Shown here: one piece after another, positions 28,270 to 37,744 of the stretch
Layout: the number at the start of each line of letters is the position of its first letter
How positions within the stretch are numbered: the first letter of the stretch is position 1
From: an uncultured Phycisphaeraceae bacterium
GTDB lineage: Bacteria; Planctomycetota; Phycisphaerae; Phycisphaerales; UBA1924
DNA length: 64,000 bases
Assembly (NCBI GenBank): GCA_964639935.1
Contig: CAZXGT010000001.1
Coordinates: forward strand, 6,635 to 70,634
Direction: 5' to 3'
Program-made: the position numbers and the translations under genes
The notes under the pieces: model-generated
The model's database searches: none
What the model was told of the DNA's origin: nothing
What the model saw: only the letters and a program-made list of their open reading frames with translations

Positions 28270-28671
28270 CTAGTGGGGGACTTCCTTGACCGCGTTTCGG
28301 TTCCAGGCGGGGACGCGGACGACGATGGGGCCGTCGCCCTCGATCTCGCACTGGCAGGAGAGCCGTGAGTTGAGCTGAAGGCCCGGGGCCTCCTCGACGC
28401 GATCCTCCTCGGCCTCGGTGGCCTCGGAGACCTGGTCCATGCCCTCTTCGACGTAGACGTGGCAGGTCGAGCAGGCGCAGACGCCGCCGCAGGCGTGTTC
28501 GATGTTGATGCCGTGCTCGACGGCGATCTCGAGGAGGTGCTCGCCCTTGGCGGCCTTGACCTCGATCTCGGTCTTGTCGGGGTCGCCGGTGAGGCCCGCG
28601 GGATCCTCGAGGTGGAAGGTCACCGGAACGGTGGCGGGGTCGTGAACGTGATCTGACTGGCGCAGGTGCAT
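28270..28671 (-). CDS. fdx: 2Fe-2S ferredoxin, ISC/adrenodoxin type
   Basis: HACGGVCACSTCHVYV...RLSCQ cysteine pattern. The overall similarity is to the Fdx layout (GINIEHAC...LSCQCEI...VRVPAWNRN). Confidence 0.85.
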   Translation of the reverse strand: MHLRQSDHVHDPATVPVTFHLEDPAGLTGDPDKTEIEVKAAKGEHLLEIAVEHGINIEHACGGVCACSTCHVYVEEGMDQVSEATEAEEDRVEEAPGLQLNSRLSCQCEIEGDGPIVVRVPAWNRNAVKEVPH

Positions 28672-28801
28672 CGGAAAACGGGCTCCCTCTTGAGCGTTCC
28701 TTTGGCGGTGGTGTGCGGCGCGATGATAGCCGGGCGGGGGCGGGCGGTCTGAAACGGGGAGTTTGCTGGATCGATCGGCGGCGGGGGCCGATGATGGGAC
28801 C

Positions 28802-29443
28802 ATGAGCACGACGACGATGCGCGCGTACCTGGACGATCAGCCTCTGGAGCTCGAGGAGACGACGCTGACGGCGGCGGTCGTCGCGGGCAAGCGGGAGGCG
28901 GACGCGAAGGGTCGGATGATCATCGAGGTGTGGGCCGACGGGGAGAAGGCGCCCCCGTCGGATCTGGCGAACCCGCCGGGGCGGGCGCCCTATGCCTCGG
29001 AGGTCCGGTTCGTCTCTGTCGAGCCCCGGGCGCTGGTTGCCGAGGCGCTGGCGGAGGCGGCGGAGAATCTGGAGTCGGTCCGCGGCCCGCAGCGGGAGGC
29101 CGCGGCGGCGCTGGCGCGTGGGGAGCGAGGGGAGGCGATGGGTCGCGTGGGGTCGTGCCTGAAGGCGTGGGAATCGGCTCGCAAGGCGATTCAGGAGGGG
29201 GCGGCGGTGCTGGGCGTGACGCCCGCGCAGCTCGCCGGCCCGGGCGCGAGCGAGGAGCGGTGCGCCGCGGCAATCGACGATCTGCTCTCGGCGCTCAAGG
29301 AGGTGCAGCGGTCGATTCAGGATGAGGACGTGGCGTCGCTCGGGGACGTTCTGGAATACGATCTGGACGAGCTCGCCGAGACGTGGATCGAGCTGCTGGT
29401 GGAGATGGCCGAGCACGTCCGCTCGCGGGTCATGGAGAGCTGA
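28802..29443 (+). CDS. Hypothetical protein
   Basis: The internal ATG of ORF 28763..29443 gives MSTTTMRAYLDDQPLELEE. GC3 is high and the protein is predicted helix-rich and acidic. Confidence 0.55.
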   Translation: MSTTTMRAYLDDQPLELEETTLTAAVVAGKREADAKGRMIIEVWADGEKAPPSDLANPPGRAPYASEVRFVSVEPRALVAEALAEAAENLESVRGPQREAAAALARGERGEAMGRVGSCLKAWESARKAIQEGAAVLGVTPAQLAGPGASEERCAAAIDDLLSALKEVQRSIQDEDVASLGDVLEYDLDELAETWIELLVEMAEHVRSRVMES

Positions 29444-29447
29444 GGCC

Positions 29448-30098
29448 GTGTCGAAGCGCAAGTCGGCGGAGAAGATCGACGCCCTGATGGAAGAGGCGAG
29501 CGGCGCGCTCGTGAAGGGCCGGTACTTCGAGTGCGAGAAGCTGTCTGTTCGTGCGCTGGAGCTGGCGCACATGGCGGGCGACTGGGATCGCATGGCGCGG
29601 ATCCTGATGCCTCTTGAGGAAGCGCGCCGTCAGAAGCGCCTGGAAGCGGCGGACGCCGGGGCGATTCACGTGGTGGATCAGCTCGATGAGCTGCAATCGA
29701 TCGATGCGATCGAGCCCGGGTGCTGGCTTCTTGAGCCGATGATCGTGGCGGCGCACGGGCGGGAGTTTCGCGATCGGGCCGATGAGCAGGGGGTCCCGGT
29801 GATCGTGATCGTGCGTGAGCCGGAGACGCAGCTTCGGGAGTGGCCGCTCGCGGCGATCGGTCCGGTGGTGGTGCGGACGCGGGTGGCGCCGCCGGAGGAG
29901 CTGACGCCGGAGTGGTTCGTGGCGGCGAGCGAGGCGCTTGGGGAAGAGGCGATCGACTCGGTTGAGAACGATCTGGAGCCTGAGGCGCGGATCAACCGGT
30001 ACATGGACCGGCTCGGCGCGCTGCGCGACCATGACGAGCTGCACCAGGCTCTGGCGGAGGCGTGCCGCGACGCGATCCGGGAGTCGGCCGCGGCCTGA
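29448..30098 (+). CDS. Hypothetical protein
   Basis: The GTG start lies 4 nt after the upstream stop (VSKRKSAEKIDALMEE...). It is in frame with ORF 29322..30098. Confidence 0.55.
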   Translation: MSKRKSAEKIDALMEEASGALVKGRYFECEKLSVRALELAHMAGDWDRMARILMPLEEARRQKRLEAADAGAIHVVDQLDELQSIDAIEPGCWLLEPMIVAAHGREFRDRADEQGVPVIVIVREPETQLREWPLAAIGPVVVRTRVAPPEELTPEWFVAASEALGEEAIDSVENDLEPEARINRYMDRLGALRDHDELHQALAEACRDAIRESAAA

Positions 30099-30110
30099 GG
30101 GCCGGCCTGA

Positions 30111-30647
30111 TCACCAGCAGGCGCGCCCGGTGGAGAAGCCGACGCCCCACGAGACGCCGCTGCGGTGATAACGTCTGTAGATCGGTCGGGTTTCGTGCCT
30201 GATGATGACGCGCGGCTCTGAGCGGTACTCTTCGTATCGCTCGTAGCGGTAGTGGTCGCCCCGGCTCTCGTAGCGTTCGTAGCGGTCTCCCCAGTTCCGG
30301 TCGCGATCGCGACGGTAGGGGTCGCTCGAGGATCGGTAGGGATCGGAGCGGTATCGCTCGTAGCGCGCGGCGTCGCGGTAGGCGTCGGCCTGTCTTGCGC
30401 TGTTGCGGGCCTGGCGGTCGTTCTGATCGCCGATGACGCCGCCGATGACGGCGCCCGAGGCGGCGCCGAGGACGGCCCCCTCGCCGGCGTCGCCGACCAT
30501 TGATCCGAAGACCAGGCCGGTAAGCGCGCCGATGCCGGCGCCGGAAACGGCGCCTTCGCCGGCGGTGGAGCAGCCGGTCATGAGGGCGGGCGTGCCCGCG
30601 ATCGAGAGGGCGAGGCAGGCGGCCTTGAGGCGGGACTGAGGGCTCAT
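30111..30647 (-). CDS. Glycine-zipper lipoprotein with an Arg/Tyr/Glu/Asp-rich repeat tail
   Basis: GGAGGAT lies upstream of the ATG at 30647. Lipobox LMTGCS. Glycine zipper GAGIGALTGLVFGSMVGDAGEGAVLGAASGAVIGGVIG. The tail reads RYERYRSDPYRSSSDPYRRDRDRNWGDRYERYESRGDHYRYERYEEYR. Confidence 0.7.
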   Translation of the reverse strand: MSPQSRLKAACLALSIAGTPALMTGCSTAGEGAVSGAGIGALTGLVFGSMVGDAGEGAVLGAASGAVIGGVIGDQNDRQARNSARQADAYRDAARYERYRSDPYRSSSDPYRRDRDRNWGDRYERYESRGDHYRYERYEEYRSEPRVIIRHETRPIYRRYHRSGVSWGVGFSTGRACW

Positions 30648-31061
30648 GGGATCCTCCGCTTCCGGGCAAAGCAGGTGGTTGCTCTGAACCATGATACGCG
30701 TGGGGGGTATCATGAGTTTCACGCGATCGGCGTGGTCGTCCTTTGGTGGGAGGATTCGGCTTGGGATTTCGGCACCGGCGACAGCGGATCCTCACGGCGT
30801 CCGAGCAGGCGCGGCGCGTTCATTCGGCGTGGCTGACGAGGGCGCTTTCGGGGGACGCGGGCGAGCTTCCGCGGATCCCGGCGCGGCGCGTGCAGGAAGG
30901 CGGGTTCGGCGCGCTGCTCTGGACAAGCCAGGGGCGACGTTGGGCGGCTGATTGGTGGCGCCGCATGCTTGAGAAGCTCGATTAGCGGGGGCGCGGGGCG
31001 TCTCGTGATGCGGTAGTCTGGCGCCTCCGCTCGGTGAGGCGGCTGGAGGGCGTGGACCGCT

Positions 31062-31967
31062 ATGCGTGAGACGACGATCAGCAGGAACTGGCTCGCGAAG
31101 ATGACGCTGTTCATCGCGGCGTTCATCGGGCTTGGCATCTGGGGCCTCGTGGACGCGATCTGGGTCTACCCGGCCCGCGGGGCCAAGCACGCCGAGTACA
31201 TGGAGTATCAGTACCTCGAGGCGCAGCAGGAGGCGGGCGAGATCCTGCGCTCGAGCGTGGTCGAGCCGGACGCGGAGTACACGCGTCTGCGGGAGACTCA
31301 GGAGAGGCTCGCGGGGGAGCTGGCGTCGGCGGCGCCGGAGAGCGTGCAGCGTCGGCGTCTGCAGGCGGAGCTCGACAAGCTCGCGTGGCTTCGGTCGCTT
31401 GCGATCATCGGGCGGCTTGATCCCGAGTACACGACGTTCGAGGCGCCTCGGGAGCGGCTCGAGGAGCTCGAGGAGCGGTGGTCGACGGCGGAGCAGCCCA
31501 AGCCGCTCAGCGGGCTGGACATCCCGACGCAGTGGCTCTTTGTGGCGATCGGCTTCGGCGGGGCGATCTGGATGCTGCTCGTGGTGAGCCGCGTGATCAA
31601 GACGAAGTTCCGCTACGACGAGGCGGAGCACCGGCTGGTGCTGCCGAGCGGGGAGTCGTTCACGCCCGAGCAGGTGCAGGAGCTCGACAAGCGCAAGTGG
31701 GACAAGTTCTTCGTGACGGTGAAGCTCACGGACGGCGCGACGCACAAGCTGGATCTGCTCCGCTATCAGCCGCTCGAGTCGTGGATCCTCGAGATGGAGA
31801 AGCTCTCGCCGCACTGCGAGACGCCGGAAGACGAGGGCGAGGACGAGGCGGAGGCCGCGGCGGAGACGACCGCGGCGACGCAGCCGCGCGTGGGCGAGAG
31901 CCCGGTGACGGGCGAGCCGGACGCGGCGGCCGAATCGCCGTCGCGTGAAGAGACGCCGCGGAGCTGA
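31062..31967 (+). CDS. Membrane protein, hypothetical
   Basis: Two hydrophobic segments (MTLFIAAFIGLGIWGLV and WLFVAIGFGGAIWMLLVV) and an acidic C-terminal tail. GC3 is high. Confidence 0.6.
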   Translation: MRETTISRNWLAKMTLFIAAFIGLGIWGLVDAIWVYPARGAKHAEYMEYQYLEAQQEAGEILRSSVVEPDAEYTRLRETQERLAGELASAAPESVQRRRLQAELDKLAWLRSLAIIGRLDPEYTTFEAPRERLEELEERWSTAEQPKPLSGLDIPTQWLFVAIGFGGAIWMLLVVSRVIKTKFRYDEAEHRLVLPSGESFTPEQVQELDKRKWDKFFVTVKLTDGATHKLDLLRYQPLESWILEMEKLSPHCETPEDEGEDEAEAAAETTAATQPRVGESPVTGEPDAAAESPSREETPRS

Positions 31968-32012
31968 GGCAACCGGCTCCGTCTGGAGTCGACGAACGGG
32001 CGGAGGATTCGC

Positions 32013-32540
32013 GTGGAACTGCTCGGGGCGATCCTGCTTGCGGTCTTGTTCGTGACGCTCGGTCTGCTCGGCGCTCTGCTGGTGGCGGCGGGGCTGCCGG
32101 GGGTGTGGCTGATCACGGTGATCGCGGCGGCGGCGGAGCTGATCTGGCCCGGGACGTTCGGGTGGTGGGTTGTGGGGGCTGCGGTCGCGTGCGCGGTGAT
32201 CGGGGAGATCGCGGAGTTCGTGGCGGGGGCGGCGGGAGCGAAGGCGGCGGGAGGCTCGCGGTCCGGGGCGCTGGCGGCGATCTTCGGCGGGCTCGCGGGC
32301 GCGGTGCTCGGGACGGTGTACCTGTTCTTCCTGCCGGTGGTCGGGACGATTGTCGGCGCGGTGGTCGGGGCGGGTTTGGCGGCGGGGCTTGTCGAGCGGG
32401 GCGTGGTGAAGCGGACGTGGCTTGAGAGCGGGCGGGTGGCGCGCGGCGCCGCGACGGGCCGGCTGCTGGCGATCGTGATCAAGGGCGGGATCGCGATCGC
32501 GCTCGGCGGCGCGCTGGCGGTCAAGGCGCTCTTCTTTTAG
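32013..32540 (+). CDS. DUF456 family membrane protein
   Basis: GTG start. LLGALLVAAGLPGVWLI...EFVAGAAGAKAAGGS...GAVVGAGLA is the typical DUF456 glycine-rich 4-TM pattern. Confidence 0.65.
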   Translation: MELLGAILLAVLFVTLGLLGALLVAAGLPGVWLITVIAAAAELIWPGTFGWWVVGAAVACAVIGEIAEFVAGAAGAKAAGGSRSGALAAIFGGLAGAVLGTVYLFFLPVVGTIVGAVVGAGLAAGLVERGVVKRTWLESGRVARGAATGRLLAIVIKGGIAIALGGALAVKALFF

Positions 32541-32566
32541 ACACGGCGGAGCGGGAGCTTGGGGCG

Positions 32567-35221
32567 TCAGGCTCCGGCGGAGGCGGTCTGCGGCCTGCTT
32601 TCGTCCGCGGCGCGGCCCTCCGGCGCTTCGTGGGCGAACCAGGTGATGAGCCCGGGGATGAAGGGGTTGACGAGGTTGTCGCTGGCGGGGAGGACGCGGA
32701 CGGAGACGCCGCAGCGGCCGGCGCTGGTGGGCGTGAAGGCGCCGGCGAACTCGTGGAGTCCGGGCTCGAGCTCGCGGACGTGCCGCATGGGAGCGGCGGC
32801 GGCCTCGACGAGATCGCCCGAGCTGGCTTCGCGCCCGTGGTAGAGCTGGACGGCGATCTCATCGGGGGCGAGGCCGCCGAGGGCGACGCGAGCGGTCGCG
32901 CCGACCTCGGCGCGGATCGGGTGCGCTTCCTTGGCGTCGACCGAGAGGCTCTGGACGACGACGCTCGGCCAGTGATCCCTCCAGCGTCCGACCTGAGCGG
33001 CGAGCTGTCTGCCGCGCTCGAGTCGATCGGCGGTGAGGCGTTTCCCGGCTTGCCACGCGGGGACGTAGTAGTTGCGGGTGTAGTCGCCGACCATTCGGTT
33101 GGTGTTGAAGAAGGGGGTGAGGGAGGCGATGGCCTTCTTCATGCGCTGGACCCAGGCGCGTGGGATGCCGGCGCGGTCGCGGGTGAAGAACTCGGGGATG
33201 ATCTGGCGCTCGAGGAGGTCGAAGAGGGCGCGGCTCTCGATGGCGTCGGCCTGCTCGGAGTCGGCGTAGGTCTCGCCGCGGCCGATGGCGAAGCCGAGGT
33301 CGGACTCGTAGGCCTCGTCCCACCATCCGTCGAGGATGGAGACGTTGAGCCCGCCGTTCATGGCGGCCTTCATCCCGGAGGTTCCGGAGGCCTCCATGCC
33401 GCGGCGCGGGGTGTTGAGCCAGACGTCGCAGCCCTGGACGAGGCGGCGCCCGACGTGCATGTCGTAGTCCTCAAGGAAGAGGATGCGGTCGCGCTGGCCG
33501 GACTCGTCGGCCCAGCGGACGATCTCGCGGATGAGCTCCTTTCCGGGCCCGTCGGCGGGGTGGCTCTTGCCCGCGATGAGGAACTGGACGGGGCGCTGCT
33601 GGTTGCTCAGGAGCCTGTGGAGGCGTTCGCGGTCGCGGAGCAGGAGCGTGGCGCGCTTGTAGGTGGCGAAGCGTCTGGCGAAGCCGATGGTGAGGGCCTC
33701 GGGGTCGAGGAGGTCGTCGACGGCGCGGACTTCCTCCTGTCGGGCGCCTCGGTCGCGGAGCTGGCGTCGGACCTTGCGGCGGGCCCAGGAGACGAGCTCG
33801 CGCCGCTTGCCGACGTGGGTGCGCCAGAGCTCGTCGTCGGGGATCTCGTGGACGTCTTTCCAGACGGTGTGGTCGGCGGGGTCGTCCTGCCAGGCCCAGC
33901 CGAGGTAGCGGTCGTAGAGCTCGCGGAGCTCCGGTGAGATCCAGGTCCGGGTGTGGACGCCGTTGGTGACGTGCCCGATGGGGACGTCGTCGACGGGCGT
34001 CTGGGGCCAGATGCGGCGCCACATGTGGCGCGAGACGACGCCGTGGAGCTTGCTCACGCCGTTGTGGAAGGCGCTGGTGCGGAGAGCGAGAACGGCCATC
34101 GAGAAGAACTCGTTCTTGTCGAAGACGTTCTCTCGGCCGAGGGCGAGGAGGTGTTCGAGATCGATCCCGAGGGCGTCGATGTCCTTGGCGAAGTACTTCT
34201 CGACGAGGGGCGGGCTGAAGCGGTCGATGCCGGCGGGGACGGGGGTGTGGGTGGTGAAGACGTGCTGGGGCCGTGCGGCCTGACGCGCTTCCTCGAAGGA
34301 GACGCCGTGGGTCTCGCGGAAGCGGCGGATGCGCTCGAGGGCGAGGAATGCGGAGTGGCCCTCGTTCATGTGGAAGACGGTGATGTTCTCGCCGACGGCC
34401 TCGAGGGCGCGGACGCCGCCGATGCCGAGGACGACCTCCTGGCGGATGCGGGTCTCGACGTCGCCGCCGTAGAGGTTTCGCGTGATCTCGCGGTCGTCTG
34501 GGTGGTTGCTCGCCATGTTGGCGTCGAGGAGATAGAGGGGGACGCGGCCGACGTCGGCGCGCCAGATGCCGAGCTCGACGTCGCGGTCGGCGACGCGGAC
34601 AGTGACGGACTTCTGGCGGTTCTTGCGGTCGAGGACGCGGCGGACGGGGTGTGTCGCGGGGTCGATCTCGGGGTAGGTTTCCTGCTGCCAGCCGTCTGCG
34701 GAGACGTACTGGTGGAAGTAGCCGTGGCGGTAGAGGAGCCCGACGCCGACGAGGGGGAGGCCGAGCTCCGAGGCGCTCTTGAGGTGATCGCCGGCGAGGA
34801 CGCCGAGGCCGCCGGAATAGATCTGGAAGCACTCGGTGAGTCCAAACTCGGCGCAGAAGTAGGCGATGCGGAAGGGGTGGTCGCCCGTGGCGCCGGCGAG
34901 CTCGGGGAAGTCGCGGTCGAACCAGCCGGGCTTATTGAGGTGGCCCTGGAGGGACTCGGTGGCGCGCTGGAGGGCGGTGATGTAGGTCGGGTCCGCGGCG
35001 GCGCGTTCGAGCTTGCCCTGATCGATGAGGGTGAGCATCTGGACGGGGTTGTGCCCGGTGCGTCGCCAGAGGTCGCGGTCGAGTCGGCGGAAGAGCTCGA
35101 CGGCCTCGGGGCGCCACGTCCACCAGAGGTTGTGCGCGAGGTCGTGGAGCGGCTCGAGAGCCTTGGGGAGGCTCGGAACGACTCGGAAGGTGTGGATATG
35201 GGCTTGGCCGGCGTGAAGCAT
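32567..35221 (-). CDS. glgP: Alpha-glucan (glycogen/maltodextrin) phosphorylase, GT35
   Basis: GGLGVLAGDHLKSASELGLPLVGVGLLY is the N-terminal DUF3417-type region. EASGTSGMKAAMNGGLNVSILDGWW is the PLP-lysine region. Confidence 0.93.
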   Translation of the reverse strand: MLHAGQAHIHTFRVVPSLPKALEPLHDLAHNLWWTWRPEAVELFRRLDRDLWRRTGHNPVQMLTLIDQGKLERAAADPTYITALQRATESLQGHLNKPGWFDRDFPELAGATGDHPFRIAYFCAEFGLTECFQIYSGGLGVLAGDHLKSASELGLPLVGVGLLYRHGYFHQYVSADGWQQETYPEIDPATHPVRRVLDRKNRQKSVTVRVADRDVELGIWRADVGRVPLYLLDANMASNHPDDREITRNLYGGDVETRIRQEVVLGIGGVRALEAVGENITVFHMNEGHSAFLALERIRRFRETHGVSFEEARQAARPQHVFTTHTPVPAGIDRFSPPLVEKYFAKDIDALGIDLEHLLALGRENVFDKNEFFSMAVLALRTSAFHNGVSKLHGVVSRHMWRRIWPQTPVDDVPIGHVTNGVHTRTWISPELRELYDRYLGWAWQDDPADHTVWKDVHEIPDDELWRTHVGKRRELVSWARRKVRRQLRDRGARQEEVRAVDDLLDPEALTIGFARRFATYKRATLLLRDRERLHRLLSNQQRPVQFLIAGKSHPADGPGKELIREIVRWADESGQRDRILFLEDYDMHVGRRLVQGCDVWLNTPRRGMEASGTSGMKAAMNGGLNVSILDGWWDEAYESDLGFAIGRGETYADSEQADAIESRALFDLLERQIIPEFFTRDRAGIPRAWVQRMKKAIASLTPFFNTNRMVGDYTRNYYVPAWQAGKRLTADRLERGRQLAAQVGRWRDHWPSVVVQSLSVDAKEAHPIRAEVGATARVALGGLAPDEIAVQLYHGREASSGDLVEAAAAPMRHVRELEPGLHEFAGAFTPTSAGRCGVSVRVLPASDNLVNPFIPGLITWFAHEAPEGRAADESRPQTASAGA

Positions 35222-35341
35222 CGCGTCCCCTGACGTTGTGCGGATGGACAGATTGGCGCCCGAAGAGCGTCCGGGGCGATATCGGACGAGTCCGGAGGCA
35301 AGTTTACCCGCGTCCGGCGCGGGCTCGCATGAACGCCCTTT

Positions 35342-36958
35342 TTACGGGCGAGGTCGGCTGCGGCGGAGCATCCAGCGCGGCTCGGGGCGGCCGACCATGA
35401 TCGACAGGGCGAGGAAGACACCGGCGCCGACGCCGACGCCCGCGGCGAGGCGAAGGGCGTCGAAACCACGGGTCTGGCCGGGGGCGGGGAGCAGCTCGAG
35501 GGTGAGGGCGACGGCGGCGGCCATGGCGAGGGTCAGCAGGAGCGTCCATGCGGCGGATCGGGCGAGGTCTCTGTGGACGATGGCGCCCGGCGCGGCGTGA
35601 CGCCGGCGCCAGATGATCGCGAGGGTGACGAACTGGAGGATGGCGCAGATCGCGGTGGACCAGGCGAGCCCGGCCTCGGCGAGGGGCCAGATGAGGATGA
35701 GATTGAGGGTGACGTTGATCGCGACGAAGGCGAGGGTGACGCGCATGGGGGTGGTGGTGTCGCCGCGGGCGTAGTAGGCGCGGGTGAGGGTGTGGTTCAT
35801 GGCGTAGGCCCAGACGGCGGGGGCGTAGCCGGTGAGGATGGTGGCGACGCGGGCGACGTCCGAGGCGTCGAAGAGGCCCCCGGCGAGGATGACGGCCACG
35901 AGATCGACGCGGACGAGGATGAGCCCGACGGAGGCGGGGAGCCCGATGAAAAGCGTGAGGCGCAGGCCGTCGCGCAGGGTTGAGGCGAAGGCGTCGGGGT
36001 CCCTGGATTGCCTGGCGAGCATGGGGAAGACGGCCGTGGCGAGGGCGATGCCGAAGACGCCGAGGGGGAACTGGTAGAGGCGGTGGGCGAAGAAGAGCGC
36101 GGCGTTTGAGGATTGGTCGAGGGGGTACTCGAGGCCGGCGATGGTCGGGCCGACGAGGATGGGGTAGCTGGCGATGAGTCCGTCGAGAAGGGTGTTGAGC
36201 TGGAGCGCGCCGAGGCCGAGGACGACGGGAGCGGTGCGCACGAGGGTCCGGCGTACGGCGAGGCGAGCGGCGGCGAATCGGGGGGTCCAGTTGACATAGG
36301 GGGCGGCGGCGAAGAGGGACCAGATGATCTGGAGGAGGCCGGCGATGAGGACGGCGGCGGCGGCGGCAAAGGCGGCGGCCTCGAGGGTGGCCGAGGCGAG
36401 CCACGCGGCGCCGGCGACGGCGAGAATGATGCAGAGATTCAGGATGACAGGGGCGGCGGCGGTGGGGGCGAAGCGGCCGTGGGACTGGAGCATGCCGCCG
36501 AGGAGGGCGGTGACGCAGATCATGGGAGCGAAGGGGAGCAGGAGCATGGAGAGCTGGAGGGCGAGGGCGCCGGAGTCGCGGAGCGGGGAGAAGAGATAGA
36601 GGGCGAGGAGGACGAGCTCGCCGACGACGGCGGCGGCGGTGACGAGCGCGGCGACGAGCGCGAGCATCGCGCTGGCGTAGCGGTGAGCTTCGGTCGGGTC
36701 GGCTTCGAGGAGTTCGGCGTAATCGGGGATGAAGGCGCCGGTGAGGGCGCCCTCGCCGAAGAGGCGGCGGGCGAGATTGGGAAGGAGGAAGGCGAAGGCG
36801 AAGGCGGACCAGACCGGCCCGGCGCCGAAGACGCGGGCGCAGACGGCGTCTCGGAGGAGCCCGAAGACGCGCGAGAGGAGGGTGAGGGCGGCGACGACGC
36901 GGGCGGCGCCGACGACCTGCGATCTTGCGCCGGCGTGTCGCTGAGCGTGGTCGTTCAC
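35342..36958 (-). CDS. murJ: Lipid II flippase MurJ (MviN)
   Basis: SRVFGLLRDAVCARVFGAGPVWSAFAFAFLLPNLARRLFGEGALTGAFIP, followed by about 14 TM segments. GTG at 36958 is chosen; the longer ATG at 37108 is less likely. Confidence 0.88.
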   Translation of the reverse strand: MNDHAQRHAGARSQVVGAARVVAALTLLSRVFGLLRDAVCARVFGAGPVWSAFAFAFLLPNLARRLFGEGALTGAFIPDYAELLEADPTEAHRYASAMLALVAALVTAAAVVGELVLLALYLFSPLRDSGALALQLSMLLLPFAPMICVTALLGGMLQSHGRFAPTAAAPVILNLCIILAVAGAAWLASATLEAAAFAAAAAVLIAGLLQIIWSLFAAAPYVNWTPRFAAARLAVRRTLVRTAPVVLGLGALQLNTLLDGLIASYPILVGPTIAGLEYPLDQSSNAALFFAHRLYQFPLGVFGIALATAVFPMLARQSRDPDAFASTLRDGLRLTLFIGLPASVGLILVRVDLVAVILAGGLFDASDVARVATILTGYAPAVWAYAMNHTLTRAYYARGDTTTPMRVTLAFVAINVTLNLILIWPLAEAGLAWSTAICAILQFVTLAIIWRRRHAAPGAIVHRDLARSAAWTLLLTLAMAAAVALTLELLPAPGQTRGFDALRLAAGVGVGAGVFLALSIMVGRPEPRWMLRRSRPRP

Positions 36959-37070
36959 GTCTGGTGAGAGTATCGGGGCGTGGCGGGAGGTCTCGCCAGT
37001 TGCGACGGGCGTTGGCGCAAGAGAACGCCCCCCGGCGCGGCCGCGCCGGGGGGCGTGTTTGAGCACGTGT

Positions 37071-37109
37071 GTGCAACGAAAATTGGTGCGTGAGGCCCCG
37101 TGCCTCACG
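37071..37109 (-). terminator. Hairpin terminator candidate downstream of the second PEP-CTERM gene
   Basis: 8-bp stem CGTGAGGC / GCCTCACG (37089..37096 and 37102..37109) with a 5-nt loop. On the minus strand it is followed by CACCAATTTTCG. Confidence 0.35.
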
Positions 37110-37147
37110 TCTTCTTTGCGTTACACGGATGGTCGCGCGTCGGCGCC

Positions 37148-37744
37148 TTAGCGGCGGCGGCGAGCGGCGGTGAGACCGGCGAGGCCGAAGAGGGCCGCGG
37201 CGCCCGGAGCGGGCACCACGTCGCCGTCCACGCGGACGGAGTAGACGCGGCTGGCGGCGCCGGGGATGAAGGTCTTGCCGGTGATGGTGTCGAGACCGGC
37301 GTTGGCGAGACCGCTCCCGCCGAGGCCGACGTTGCCCTCGGCGTCGGACAGGGCCCGGCGCCAGTTGGCGTTGGTCTCACTGGTCATGATGACGAAGTAG
37401 TCCCCGGCCTCGACGGTGACGCCGGAGGCGTCGAGGTCGGTCCAGTCGTAGCCCGCGCCGGCGGCGCCGTTGGAGCTCCAGACGATGTCGAACTCGTCGC
37501 TGGCGGAGTGGCCGACGTTCGAGGCGAGGTAAAGGGTAAAGTTCCCGCCAGAGGCGTTGACGCCGATGGTGTTCAGGTTGTAGGCCTGATCGAAGCTCAC
37601 CTCCTGCATGAGATGCAGGTTCGGGTTGGCCCCGTGGGCGTTGTTCCCGGCGCCGGCGAGATCGGTATCGACGATCATGGCCGCGTTGGCGGCGGCCCCG
37701 GCGACGAGGGCGAGCCCAACAGCCGCAAGTGTTCTGGTCTTCAT
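37148..37744 (-). CDS. Secreted PEP-CTERM-type sorting domain protein
   Basis: Signal peptide MKTRTLAAVGLALVAGAAANAA. C-terminus VVPAPGAAALFGLAGLTAARRRR. Confidence 0.8.
   Translation of the reverse strand: MKTRTLAAVGLALVAGAAANAAMIVDTDLAGAGNNAHGANPNLHLMQEVSFDQAYNLNTIGVNASGGNFTLYLASNVGHSASDEFDIVWSSNGAAGAGYDWTDLDASGVTVEAGDYFVIMTSETNANWRRALSDAEGNVGLGGSGLANAGLDTITGKTFIPGAASRVYSVRVDGDVVPAPGAAALFGLAGLTAARRRR

Noticed and set aside
27713-29593. 626-aa minus-strand ORF spanning the protease 3' end, fdx and the hypothetical gene
   Set aside because: The translation is Arg/Pro-rich low complexity. It overlaps three independently supported genes on both strands, so it is an off-frame artefact.
35304-37076. 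590-aa ORF on the minus strand, extremely Arg/Pro-rich
   Set aside because: It is an alternative frame of the murJ gene on the same strand. The RPRRP-type low-complexity translation has no hydrophobic core. The murJ frame has clear family motifs and TM segments.
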